64,000 nt of DNA from Eledone cirrhosa (GCA_964016885.1 OZ024744.1:105710001-105774000); one strand, 5' to 3'; numbered from the stretch's first letter, positions 1 through 12,475 are shown. The notes: generated from the sequence alone by a model not told the origin. Program-made: numbers and translations.

Positions 1-647
1 ATCACCACCACCACTAACACCACCACCATCACCACCTCCATCACCACCTCCATCAATCAATCATCATCATCACCATTTCTACTGTGAATTATTGTTGGTA
101 AGTGGCATGACTTATGTGAAGCAGGGCTGTAAAGTGTATTAAGTTACAATGAGCTGCACCTTACTTTAAACTTCTGAATCATTCTTATAATATGGGAGGA
201 GGGCTTCCTTTGGGAATTTTTATGGCAATGACTTCCGTATGTTGAATGCTGAAAATATATCAGGATGGAACTGTGTTCATTAAAGAAAACTTTTGTTAGT
301 TCTTTTGTGTAATATTTGCACTATTTCACACCCCCACCCCCACCCTCGTGAAACATAAAAAATAGAACAACATAAATTTATAAAGAAAAATCTGTTTTCT
401 TAGAAGCTGGAGAAATCTTTGAGTAAATTATATAAAAAAAAAAAGGGGGAAGTGGAACATGAAAATACAATTTTAGTCATAGCATAATAATTATTATTGT
501 TTTGTTGAAGCCCAACAAATACTTTCATGGCAAAGCATGAATGTTACAACTTCCATTACATTACATTGAAAGATTTCATGAGTATTTAGTTATAAAAAAT
601 GTTTATTGTTGTCATTTTAATTGACTCTTGCTTTTAATTTTATATAT

Positions 648-965
648 GGATTAACCCTCTTCCCTTTCGAGGGAGGTAAATCCCTAATTTGGGATGTGAC
701 GTACTGTAACTCTTTCTCTGCCGCCAACCTGGTCACTTTGGCCACAAACCCAGGCCCCGCTGCCTGCAATGCAGAGGAGGAGAAGATAGTTAAATACCGG
801 GGCCCTGACCAAACGCCACCTCTTTGTGCTGGTCTATGCTGTGCTGAGACCCCAGATATCCTTGGTCCCTGCACTGCTGATTTTCTCAGTATCCAGTCCA
901 GTTAAGGAGGGAGCCTCATGAAGTGGAGTTGCTATTGCAGTAGGTTTCAATTTGTGTGTGGTGCA
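648..965 (+). mobile_element. Degenerate C-terminal restriction-like endonuclease fragment of a CRE-clade non-LTR retrotransposon
   Basis: Translation GLTLFPFEGGKSLIWDVTYCNSFSAANL...AACNAEEEKIVKY...AETPDILGPCTADFL resembles the CRE RLE pattern (PDGLTLxPWxxGKxLxWDxT...AExxKxxKY...ETxGxxG). Stops and frameshifts follow. Confidence 0.65.
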
Positions 966-1239
966 TGGTTGAGGCTCTGCCCAGGCTGGAGTGTTATGCT
1001 CCCACTATCTCTCTTTCTTTCAATGCTTAATTCTTTTGTCTTTTTCTTCTTTTCATTTCCCTTTTGTTTCTGTTCCTTTTTAATAAACAGCTCCGTATGT
1101 CCCGAGGGTTTACAATAAATACACGTGTGCCCTTCTCACATCTGATTCCAACCTGCCCAAAACTACCTTTGCTTATTATACAAAACAAAATCAGAAAATT
1201 TTAAGGGTTTCTTTTTAATTAAACCTTCCAATATAAGAT

Positions 1240-4200
1240 ATAGGGTGTATATATCCTAGGGTGTATGGTGTATATATCCTAGGGTGTAGGGTGTATATGT
1301 CCTAGGGTATATGGTGTATATATCCTAGAGTATAGGGTGTATGGTGTATATGTCCTAGGGTGTAGGGTGTATATGTCCTAGGGTGTAGGGTGTATGGTGT
1401 ATATGTCCTAGGGTGTATATATCCTAGGGTGTATGGTGTATATATCCTAGGGTGTAGGGTGTATATGTCCTAGGGTATAGGGTGTATATATCCTAGAGTA
1501 TAGGGTGTGTGGTGTATATGTCCTAGGGTGTAGGGTGTATATATCCTAGGGTGTATGGTGTATATGTCCTAGGGTGTATGGTGTATATATCCTAGGGTGT
1601 ATGGTGTATATGTCCTAGGGTGTAGGGTGTATATGTCCTAGGGTGTATGGTGTATATGTCCTAGGGTGTATGGTGTATATGTCCTAGGGTGTAGGGTGTA
1701 TATATCCTAGGGTGTATGGTGTATATGTCCTAGGGTGTATGGTGTATATGTCCTAGGGTGTAGGGTGTATATGTCCTAGGGTGTAGGGTGTATATATCCT
1801 AGGGTGTATGGTGTATATATCCTAGGGTGTATGGTGTATATGTCCTAGGATGTAGGGTGTATATGTCCTAGGGTGTATGGTGTATATATCCTAGGGTGTA
1901 GGGTGTATATGTCCTAGGGTGTAGGGTGTATATGTCCTAGGGTGTAGGGTGTATATATCCTAGGGTGTAGGGTGTATATGTCCTAGGGTGTATGGTGTAT
2001 ATATCCTAGGGTGTATGGTGTATATGTCCTAGGGTGTATGGTGTATATATCCTAGGGTGTATGGTGTATATATCCTAGGGTGTATGGTGTATATATCCTA
2101 GGGTGTAGGGTGTATATATCCTAGGGTGTATGGTGTATATGTCCTAGGGTGTATGGTGTATATATCCTAGGGTGTATGGTGTATATATCCTAGGGTGTAT
2201 GGTGTATATATCCTAGGGTGTATGGTGTATATATCCTAGGGTGTAGGGTGTATATATCCTAGGGTGTAGGGTGTATATATCCTAGAGTGTATGGTGTATA
2301 TGTCCTAGGGTGTAGGGTGTATATATCCTAGGGTGTAGGGTGTATATATCCTAGGGTGTATGGTGTATATGTCCTAGGGTGTATGGTGTATATGTCCTAG
2401 GGTGTAGGGTGTATATGTCCTAGGGTGTATGGTGTATATGTCCTAGGGTGTATGGTGTATATGTCCTAGGGTGTAGGGTGTATATGTCCTAGGGTGTAGG
2501 GTGTATATATCCTAGGGTGTATGGTGTATATATCCTAGGGTGTATGGTGTATATATCCTAGGGTGTAGGGTGTATATGTCCTAGGGTGTAGGGTGTATAT
2601 ATCCTAGGGTGTAGGGTGTATATGTCCTAGGGTGTATGGTGTATATATCCTAGGGTGTAGGGTGTATATATCCTAGGGTGTAGGGTGTATATGTCCTAGG
2701 GTGTAGGGTGTATATATCCTAGGGTGTATGGTGTATATATCCTAGGGTGTATGGTGTATATATCCTAGGGTGTATGGTGTATATATCCTAGGGTGTAGGG
2801 TGTAGGGTGTATATATCCTAGGGTGTATGGTGTATATGTCCTAGGGTGTATGGTGTATATATCCTAGGGTGTAGGGTGTATATATCCTAGGGTGTAGGGT
2901 GTATATATCCTAGGGTGTAGGGTGTAGGGTGTATATATCCTAGGGTGTATGGTGTATATGTCCTAGGGTGTATGGTGTATATATCCTAGGGTGTAGGGTG
3001 TATATATCCTAGGGTGTATGGTGTATATATCCTAGGGTGTATGGTGTATATATCCTAGGGTGTATGGTGTATATATCCTAGGGTGTATGGTGTATATATC
3101 CTAGGGTGTAGGGTGTATATATCCTAGGGTGTAGGGTGTATATGTCCTAGGGTGTAGGGTGTATATGTCCTAGGGTGTAGGGTGTATATATCCTAGGGTG
3201 TAGGGTGTATATATCCTAGGGTGTAGGGTGTATATATCCTAGGGTGTAGGGTGTATATAGCCTAGGGTGTAGGGTGTATATATCCTAGGGTATAGGGTGT
3301 ATATATCCTAGGGTGTATAGGGTGTATATATCCTAGGGTGTATGGTGTATATATCATAGGGTGTATATGTCCTAGGGTGTATAGGGTGTATATATCCTAG
3401 GGTGTATGGTGTATATATCCTAGGGTGTAGGGTGTATATATCCTAGGGTATAGGGTGTATATGTCCTAGGGTGTATATATCCTAGGGTGTATAGGGTGTA
3501 TATATCCTAGGGTGTATGGTGTATATATCCTAGGGTGTATAGGGTGTATATATCCTAGGGTGTATGGTGTATATATCCTAGGGTGTATGGTGTATATATC
3601 CTAGGGTGTATGGTGTATATATCCTAGGGTGTATGGTGTATATATCCTAGGGTGTAAGGTGTATATATCCTAGGGTATAGGGTGTATATGTCCTAGGGTG
3701 TATGGTGTATATATCCTAGGGTATAGGGTGTATATATCCTAGGGTGTAGGGTGTATATATCCTAGGGTGTATGGTGTATATATCCTAGGGTGTATGGTGT
3801 ATATATCCTAGGGTGTATGGTGTATATATCCTAGGGTGTAGGGTGTATAGGGTGTATATATCCTAGGGTGTATGGTGTATATGTCCTAGGGTGTATGGTG
3901 TATATGTCCTAGGGTATTTGGTGTATAGGGTGTATATATCCTAGGGTGTAGGTGTATATATCCTAGGGTGTAGGTGTATATATCCTAGGGTGTATGGTGT
4001 ATATATCCTAGGGTGTAGGTGTATATATCCTAGGGTGCATGGTGTATATATCCTAGGGTGTATGGTGTATATGTCCTAGGGTGTAGGGTGTATATGTCCT
4101 AGGGTGTAGGGTGTATATGTCCTAGGGTGTATGGTGTATATATCCTAGGGTGTAGGGTGTATATGTCCTAGGGTGTAGGGTGTATATATCCTAGGGTGTA

Positions 4201-5090
4201 TGGTGTATATGTCCTAGGGTGTATATATCCTAGGGTGTATGGTGTATATATCCTAGGGTGTATGGTGTATATATCCTAGGGTGTATGGTGTATATGTCCT
4301 AGGGTGTAGGGTGTATATATCCTAGGGTGCATGGTATATATGTCCTAGGGTGCATGGTGTATATGTCCTAGGGTGTATGGTGTATATATCCTAGGGTGTA
4401 TGGTGTATATATCCTAGGGTGTATGGTGTATATATCCTAGGGTGTATGGTGTATATATCCTAGGGTGCATGGTGTATATGTGCTAGGGTGCATGGTGTAT
4501 ATATCCTAGGGTGCATGGTGTATATATCCTAGGGTGCATGGTGTATATGTCCTAGGGTGTATGGTGTATATATCCTAGGGTATTTGGTGTATAGGGTGTA
4601 TATGTCCTAGGATGTAGGGTGTATATGTCCTAGGATGTAGGGTGTATATGTCCTAGGATGTAGGGTGTATATATCCTAGGGTGTATGGTGTATATATCCT
4701 AGGGTGCATGGTGTATATATCCTAGGGTGCATGGTGTATATATCCTAGGGTGCATGGTGTATATATCCTAGGGTGCATGGTGTATATATCCTAGGGTGCA
4801 TGGTGTATATATCCTAGGGTGCATGGTGTATATGTCCTAGGGTATTTGGTGTATAGGGTGTATATGTCCTAGGATGTAGGGTGTATATGTCCTAGGATGT
4901 AGGGTGTATATATCCTAGGGTGTATGGTGTATATATCCTAGGGTGCATGGTGTATATATCCTAGGGTGCATGGTGTATATATCCTAGGGTGCATGGTGTA
5001 TATATCCTAGGGTGTATGGTGTATATATCCTAGGGTGCATGGTGTATATATCCTAGGGTGCATGGTGTATATGTCCTAGGGTGTAGGGTG
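1240..5090. repeat. 23-bp tandem satellite CCTAGGGTGTA(T/G)GGTGTATAT(A/G)T, about 3.85 kb
   Basis: Directly visible periodicity. Two binary variant positions. A GGTGCAT variant appears only after about 4030. Confidence 0.97.
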
Positions 5091-5340
5091 GATGTTTGAC
5101 GAAGGAATCATTAACTCCTGACATCCTGTAATGATTTAGCAAAAGATATATAAACAAAAATAAATTTAATTATTATTTCTCCTGTTAACATTGTAATTTA
5201 TTCCATGAATCCGCTCCCTCCACCCCATGTTGGCACATTGGCTCTTTACATCCTGTTCCACACGAAACCGTATTAACAAGACATTCTCAAAAGTAGAAAA
5301 CATCTCCATGACACCATCATTGCATCACATTAAATGTTAA

Positions 5341-5559
5341 CCCTTTACCATTCACCTTACTCTATATACACTATTATATTTTCATGGTAAAGGCTTTATC
5401 TCACATAATTATCTCATAATTTCGAATTTATGAAATTTTGATATTATTTATTTTGAGAACAATACCTTAACATTGGTATGAGTGGCAAGTTATGGCTGGT
5501 CTGAACAGAAAGAGGTTAGGGAATTCTGGCCGGATGTGGCCGGTTTAAATGCTGAAGGG
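5341..5559 (+). mobile_element. piggyBac-type MITE family A (about 215 bp), copy 1
   Basis: TTAA|CCCTTTACCATT...AATGCTGAAGGG|TTAA gives a TTAA target duplication and CCC/GGG terminal inverted repeats. Five more copies occur in the window. Orientation is arbitrary. Confidence 0.85.
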
Positions 5560-5794
5560 TTAAAGTATTTATTCTTATACTGTAATTCTTCACAACAATC
5601 TGTCCCCCAGTAAAGATATTATAAACATTTGAATTAACAAACTCATTTTTATATATTTTTTTGGTTAAATCACAACAGGATGTTTCAGACATAATGATTC
5701 CTTCTTCATTTTATTGACCTTTTATTCTTATTTAATCCTGTTATTAGATTTCCTACCCCTGTTTTTGTGACACCCCTGGTCTCTTACATCATCT

Positions 5795-5950
5795 CCATCA
5801 TCCATCCATCCACCCAACCATGCATCCACCCATCTATCCATCTATCCATCCACCCACACACCACTCCACCCATCCACCCACACACCACACCACCCATCTA
5901 CCCAGTCAGCCATCAACCCATCCACTCATCCATCCATCCATCCATCCATC
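5795..5950. repeat. (CCAT/CCAC)n degenerate microsatellite
   Basis: Directly visible. Confidence 0.9.
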
Positions 5951-6119
5951 GATATGTTGGCCTAGTCTTCTCCTCCACAGTGTCTAGTCCCTCCTTTGTG
6001 GGCTTCAACAGCCTAAGATCAGCTCTCCACACTTCTCATACCTTCCCTAGTACCTTCTGTAAGTTCCTTCCACTTGCTAGATATAGTCACAAGGACTATT
6101 CAATAGAGACATGACAACT

Positions 6120-6340
6120 CCCTAATGTTGGTACCATGATAAAATGTACTAGGCACCATGGTGAAAAAGGCACCCAGCACTCACTCACTGTAAATTAGGT
6201 TGGTGTTGGGAAGGGCATCCAGCTGTAGAAACCGAGTCAAAATCAGTTCCCGTATGAGCAAGACATGGTCACCTGACCTGGCATTGCCCACAACAGGACA
6301 ACCCGCTAGCGTGAAAACATTGACGTAAAACGGTGATGAT
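6120..6340 (+). mobile_element. 5'-truncated RTE LINE 3'UTR fragment
   Basis: CACCCAGCACTCACTCACTGTAAA...GAAGGGCATCCAGCTGTAGAAA...GACGTAAAACGGTGATGAT matches the tail of the RTE copy at 12200-12393. Confidence 0.8.
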
Positions 6341-6364
6341 TATATACTCTGTAGGGTGCAGAAA

Positions 6365-6782
6365 CATTTGTAAATATAAGCTGACCCCTATTCTCTGTCT
6401 AAAAAATGAGCCAAAATCCAAACCCTATTTATAAGCCAAGGCAGGTAATCAACACATTATGTTTAGATGGTGTGGTTTCGAAATTCTTATGCATGGAGAA
6501 TATATTTATATTTTTAATATTTTGATAAGTATCGTTAAGAGTTTAGTTTTTGTTTCACAACTTCATTATGTAATGATTTTTTTTATCACTTTCTAACAAA
6601 TTTCACCGCCAAATGAAAATATTTTAGCATCTCATTTGCATATAATTTAAAGTTGGTGAAAATTGGCAAAATAAGCTGCCCCCCTCCCCCCAATTTTACC
6701 AGTTTTTATTTTCATTTATCGATATTTTTTTTGTTTTTGTTTTGTCACATATTTCTCTGCTTATATACAAGTATATACGGTA
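6365..6782. mobile_element. Degenerate Tc1/mariner-pogo type MITE
   Basis: Right end CTTATATACAAGTATATACGG|TA and left-end remnant TTGTAAATATAAGCTGACCCC resemble CCGTATATACTCGAGTATAAGCCGAC-type TIRs. The left terminus is not intact. Confidence 0.4.
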
Positions 6783-7189
6783 TTTTATTGATTCCAGAAA
6801 AATAAAAGGTAAAGCCAGACTCAGCAAATCTGAGAATTCTATAAAAGTATGTGAAAATAACAATGACAGAAAGTGTAGTTTATGTTTAGGTGTAGGGCAA
6901 GCAGAGAAGTAGAAGTTTAGATAGACTGGTGTAGCTAAACAAGATAAGCAAAGATGAAATAGAAACCATGAACTATTGAAAAGGTTTGGTCGAAACCAGT
7001 CTACTATCTAAGTAATATGATTACTACTAAGGGTGTAGCTAAACACTAGGGTATTTGGGTGGTGGAAGGAAAGGTACTTACAGAACTGATACTTTCCAAG
7101 AAGAAATTGCCACAAATATAATCCAATCCATATTGAATATCTTGTCTAATATGTATTGCTGGCAGTTAATAGTTTGTAGACATGTTGGA

Positions 7190-7492
7190 TCACTGTCAGT
7201 TGCTCAAATAACAGAATAGCCTAATCAGGAAATTAACGTGTAAGTGGCTGAGCATTCCACACACACACACACACACACGTGTACCCTTAATGTAGGCTCT
7301 TAGAGAAATTCAGCGTGACACTTTGTGTGACAAGATTGGTCCCCTTGAATTACAGATACTACACATTTTTACCAGCTGAGTGTACTGGAGCAATGTGAAA
7401 TAAAGTGTCTTGCTTAAGAATATGACATTGCTACTGGGAATCAAGCACACAACCTTATGATTGAGAGGCAAACTCAGTCACCATATACCTTC
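7190..7492 (-). mobile_element. tRNA-derived SINE, old copy
   Basis: Contains the reverse complement of the AGCAAGACACTTTATTTCACATTGCTCCAGT..ACTCAGCTG core seen at 27422-27463. Decayed head and a different 3' body. Confidence 0.7.
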
Positions 7493-7996
7493 AAACTTCT
7501 AGATACAAATGTGTGTGCGTGTGTATATATATATGTATGTTATATATATATTCATTATATATATATTCATTTAATTTATTAATTTATTGATATTTTATTT
7601 GAGTGACTCGAATCTTCCTGGTCATTTATTTTCGGCTGCATGGGTGATTTTAGGCATGACCTCTATGTGTTGGTATTTTAACGATAGTTATAGCTCTGAT
7701 TTTTCCAAATTATTGAGCCCTCTGCCACATATATCGGATATTGTTTATCGTGATTTCGTGGGCTGAAATTCCGATTCTCGATTATTCTACTATATTATAT
7801 ATATATATATAGATAATTTAATATATCTACTAACATAAGCGCACAGATGTACGCAAATGCCAGCAAATACACAGGTTATGTCATAGTACCTAGGTGGTTC
7901 AATGCAGGAGGATGCAGAACAATAATATAAAAGACGTAAAATAAGAAAATTAAAAAAAAAATAAAAAAATAAAAATTTTAACTTACTTAAATTTTC

Positions 7997-8078
7997 ACTC
8001 CAACTAATTAGTTTCTGCAATGGGATAAAGACAGTTACGTAATCCAACTGTCGAGAATTCATTGCGTCATCAGGGAGT
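7997..8078 (-). ncRNA. Type I hammerhead ribozyme (family 1)
   Basis: Minus strand: ACTCC-CTGATGA-CGCAATG...(GACAGTT/AACTGTC hairpin)...CATTGCA-GAA-ACTAATTAGT-T-GGAGT. Helix I is 5 bp. Helix II is 6 bp plus an extension, with a C.A closing mismatch. Helix III is a perfect 10-nt palindrome. Cleavage triplet GUU. Confidence 0.78.
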
Positions 8079-8330
8079 CTATTCTCAGCTAAGTCTCCAG
8101 GCAATGCGCGGACACCGGGGACTCATATAAAAATAATAATAATTCGGTAGATGGAACAGCTAGCGGGGGCTGAATTCCATGCACTGAAATCCTCGCTGCC
8201 TCTGGTCAAATGGCCGAATCTAAAGAATCAATCACGTGACACAGAGGCTAGTCAGTAGGAATGGGATGGTAAGATGACAGACGCCTACTAACACCCCCCA
8301 AAAAAATTATATATATATATATATATATAT

Positions 8331-8503
8331 AAATGAACGGTATAGAAAACATTGTAGCAAAAAGCCAACAGTATTCCATAATATATAAGTGACTATAGCG
8401 TCAAAATCGGGAAAAATAGTTAACGTAAGATGTGGGAAAAATAATTCAAACTCAACTCAAAGAGAATCAGGATATAGATTCATCCACAGAATTTAGTGAA
8501 ATC
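8331..8503. repeat. Unclassified dispersed repeat abutting (TA)n; reverse-complement copy at about 27843-28015
   Basis: AAGCCAACAGTATTCCATAATATATAAGTGACTATAGCGTCAAAA...GATTCATCCACAGAATTT is the reverse complement of sequence at 27853-27985. Confidence 0.8.
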
Positions 8504-8669
8504 CATATATATATATATATATTATATATATATGTATATTATATATATATATGTATGTTATATATATATGTATATTATATATATATGTATATATATATAT
8601 GTGTATATTATATATATATATATGTATATTATATATGTATATTATATATATATGTATATTATATATATA

Positions 8670-8700
<31 letters not shown>

Positions 8701-8701
8701 G

Positions 8702-8743
<42 letters not shown>

Positions 8744-8799
8744 TATATATATATTATATATATATATATATACATATATATATGTATATTATATATATG

Positions 8800-8859
<60 letters not shown>

Positions 8860-9092
8860 TATATATGTATATTATATATATATTATATATATATGTATAT
8901 TATATATATATTATATATATATGTATATTATATATATATTATATATATATGTATATTATATATATATTATATATATATGTATATTATATATATATTATAT
9001 ATATATGTATATTATATATATATTATATATATATGTATATTATATATATATTATATATATATGTATATTATATATATATGTATATTTATATA

Positions 9093-9123
<31 letters not shown>

Positions 9124-9200
9124 GTATATTATATATATATTATATATATATGTATATTTATATATATATGTATATATACATATATATATATGTATATTTA

Positions 9201-9248
<48 letters not shown>

Positions 9249-9254
9249 TATATA

Positions 9255-9291
<37 letters not shown>

Positions 9292-9303
9292 GTATATTAT
9301 ATA

Positions 9304-9334
<31 letters not shown>

Positions 9335-9360
9335 GTATATTATATATATATATAATTATA
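8504..9360. repeat. Interrupted (TA)n microsatellite, about 860 bp
   Basis: Directly visible. It is the source of the spurious Y/I-rich ORFs. Confidence 0.97.
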
Positions 9361-9633
9361 TAAACGGAAAAAATGAAACGAATTTCGTTTCTCACTCTTA
9401 GTACGGCTGTTACTTAATTATAAGTATGTATACGTACATACATATATGTATACAGACGTATAGTAGTATGTATATATATATACATACATGCACACATATA
9501 TATATATATATGTACGTATGGATTCACCGAACATTTATTATAATGCTCGGTGTGTTTGTAAACAAACATTCCGAATTAAGCTGTACAGTGTCTAGCAACC
9601 ATCGTTGCTCATTTGTTCAACACTGACAAAGGA

Positions 9634-9676
9634 ATGCTGTACTAGTTTCAAGCTTATTAGCTATCGTCAGCAACGT
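9634..9676 (-). ncRNA. Minimal type I hammerhead ribozyme (family 2), copy 1
   Basis: Minus strand: ACGTTG-CTGACGA-TAGCT-AATA-AGCTT-GAA-ACTAGT-A-CAGCAT. Confidence 0.75.
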
Positions 9677-10114
9677 ATACCTTCCTGCCAGATGGTTGAA
9701 CGTCTGAAAGTATATACTTTCCTTATGCATATTAACGGCTGAGCAGCCTAATTTGCATATCGAGTGAGTTAATCGGCCGGGGTACCGAAAACGATAAACG
9801 GAAAAAATGAAACAAAATTTCATTTCTCACTCTTAGTACGGCTGTTACTTAAATATAAGTGTGTATACGTACATACATGTATGTATACAGACGTACAGTA
9901 GTATGTATATATATATATATACATACATACATGCATATATATATATGTACGTATGGATTCACCGAATATTTATTATAATGCTCGGTGTGTTTGTAAACAA
10001 ACATCCCAAATTAAGCCGTACAGTGTCTCGATATGCAAATTAGGCTGCTCAGCCGTTAATATGCATAAGGAAAGTATATACTTTCAGACGTTCAACCATC
10101 TGGCAGGAAGGTAT

Positions 10115-10157
10115 ACGTTGCTGACGATAGCTAATAAGCTTGAAACTAGTACAGCGT
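10115..10157 (+). ncRNA. Minimal type I hammerhead ribozyme (family 2), copy 2
   Basis: ACGTTG-CTGACGA-TAGCT-AATA-AGCTT-GAA-ACTAGT-A-CAGCGT. Helix I is 6 bp. Helix II is AGCT/AGCT with a U.U closing mismatch. Helix III is the palindrome ACTAGT. Cleavage triplet GUA, cut after 10151. Confidence 0.8.
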
Positions 10158-10498
10158 TCCTTTGTCAGTGTTGAACAAAAAGAGCAACGATGGTTGCTAA
10201 ACACTGTACGGCTTAATTTGGGATGTTTGTTTACAAACACATTGTGCATTATAATAAATGTTCGGTGAATCTATACGTACATATATATATGTGTGCATGT
10301 ATGTATATATATACATACTACTGTACGTCTGTATACATATATGTATGTACGTATACATACTTATATTTAAGTAACAGCCGTACTAAGAGTGAGAAATGAA
10401 ATTTCGTTTCATTTTTTCCGTTTATATATATGTATATATATGTATATATATATATGTATATTATATATATATATATGTATATTATATATATATATATA

Positions 10499-12393
10499 GC
10501 TGCCGAGATGCTGAAGGCATCTGGGTCTGTAGGTCACACTATAACCACACGTATCGTTAACCAGGTAATACTAGAGGGGGCCATACCAAAAGATTGGTGC
10601 AGTAGCATCATTGTCAACTGCTACAAAGGTAAAGGCGATGCACTAGATAGAGGAAACTATAGAGGTATAAAGTTGATGGACCAGGTCATGAAAGTAACAG
10701 AAAGAGTTATAGCACAGCTGATTAGGGACCGGGTGAATATAGATGAGATGCAATTTGGGTTTGTTCCAGGGAAAGGCACCACTGATGCGCTCTTCCTTGT
10801 GAGGCAATTACAGGAAAAGTACCTAGCTAAAAGTAAGCCACTCTACTTGGCATTTGTCGACCTTGAGAAAGCCTTTGACAGAGTTCCACGTGCAGTAATC
10901 TGGTGGGCTCTTAGAAAACTAGGAGTAGATGAATGGCTTGTGAAAGCGGTACAAGCCATGTATAGGGGAGCAGTCAGCAAAGTTAGGATTGGCAATGAGT
11001 ATAGCGAGGAATTTAGCGTACAGGTTGGGGTCCACCAGGGCTCTGTTCTTAGCCCTCTCCTGTTCATCATAGTCCTGCAGGCAATAACGGAGGAGTTTAA
11101 GACCGGATGCCCATGGGAACTCCTGTATGCTGATGACCTCGCACTCATAGCTGAATCTATGGTAGAACTAGAGAATAAATTCCAAACCTGGAAGCAGGGA
11201 CTAGAGAGAAAGGGCCTCAAAGTCAACATGACAAAGACTAAGGTCCTTATAAGTAGACGAGAAAACAGAACCCAGATCCCCTCAGGGAAATGGCCTTGCT
11301 CAGTATGTAGGAAAGGTGTAGGTAGGAACTCCATTCTTTGCCCCAAATGCAAACAATGGGTACACAAGAGATGTAGCGGGATCTCAGGAAGCTTAATTAA
11401 GAATGTAGGATTCACATGCAGCAGCTGTGCTGAAACAGCAAGCAAACAGCCACAGGAAACAAGTACCACCAATCTCTGGGAGGGCCCTGTAGAAACAGTA
11501 GACAGCTTCTGCTACCTAGGTGACCGAATTAGCAACGGAGGTGGGTGCTCAGAAAGTACAATAACTAGGGTAAGAACGGGATGGAAGAAGTTTAGGGAAC
11601 TACTACCACTGCTAGCTGCAAAAGGCTTCTCCCTCAGAATGAAAGGCAGACTGTATGATGCGTGTATCCGAACAGCGATGTTGCATGGTAGTGAGACCTG
11701 GGCGCTGAAGGTGGAAGACTTACGTAGATTAGAGAGAAACGAAGCCTGCATGCTCCGATGGATGTGTAACAGTAATATACGTGAACGACAAAGTATAAAT
11801 GAATTGAGAGAGAGACTGAGCATAAGAGGAATCAAATGCTGCGTGCAGGAGAGGCGGTTACGCTGGTATGGACATGTGATGCGTATGAAGGATGACAGCT
11901 GCATAAAAAGGTGCAGAGCACTAGAAGTTGATGGAAACCGCGGAGTGGGGAGACCCAAGATGACTTGGGATGAGGTGATAAAAGCCGACCTTACCCAACT
12001 ACACCTCTCAAAGTCAATGACACACGACCGTGACTTCTGGCGTCACGCAGTAATACAGGGTACCCGACCTCCCATGGGTACATGCTGAAGCATATAAACA
12101 ATATGCCCCCCCCCCCCCCCACCGGAAGGTGGTCGTGGAGGTGCCACGGCAAAAAAGCACCCAGCCCACACTGTAAAGTGGACGTGTAGGCGCCACGAAA
12201 AAGCACCCAGCACTCACTGTAAATGAGGTTGGTGTTAGGAAGGGCATCCAGCTGTAGAAATCAAGCCAGATCAGTTCCTGTATGAGCAAGGCATGGTCAG
12301 CCGACCAGACACTGCCCACAACAGGACAACCCGTCTAACCCATGCTAGCGTGGAAGAACGGACGTAAAACGGTGATGATGATGATGATGATGA
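10499..12393 (+). mobile_element. 5'-truncated RTE-clade LINE with an uninterrupted RT ORF to the stop at 12088, 3'UTR and (GAT)n tail, inserted in (TA)n
   Basis: Motifs YKGKGD..NYRGIKL, QFGF, AFVDLEKAFDRV, GVHQGSVLSPLLF, LLYADD, FCYLG, RRLRWYGHVMR, GRPK.TW. The ORF's apparent N-terminus is microsatellite, not a real start. Confidence 0.95.
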
Positions 12394-12475
12394 TATGTAT
12401 ATTATATATATATATGTATATATATATATATGTATATTATATATATATGTATATTATATATATATGTATATTATA

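Larger units (their letters stand above)
9361..10424. mobile_element. Non-coding hammerhead-carrying element (Penelope-like pLTR / retrozyme): 434-bp unit + partial tandem copy + inverted copy
   Basis: TAAACGGAAAAAATGAAAC occurs at 9361 and 9795 (offset 434). 10028-10424 is the reverse complement of about 9361-9762. (TA)n flanks both sides. Two hammerheads lie inside. Confidence 0.75.

Noticed and set aside
1240-5090. True telomeric repeat
   Set aside because: The unit is 23 bp with CTAGGG/GTAGGG, not (TTAGGG)n, and it is flanked by non-telomeric sequence on both sides.
8432-9401. Long Y/I-rich ORFs
   Set aside because: Translation of (TA)n microsatellite.
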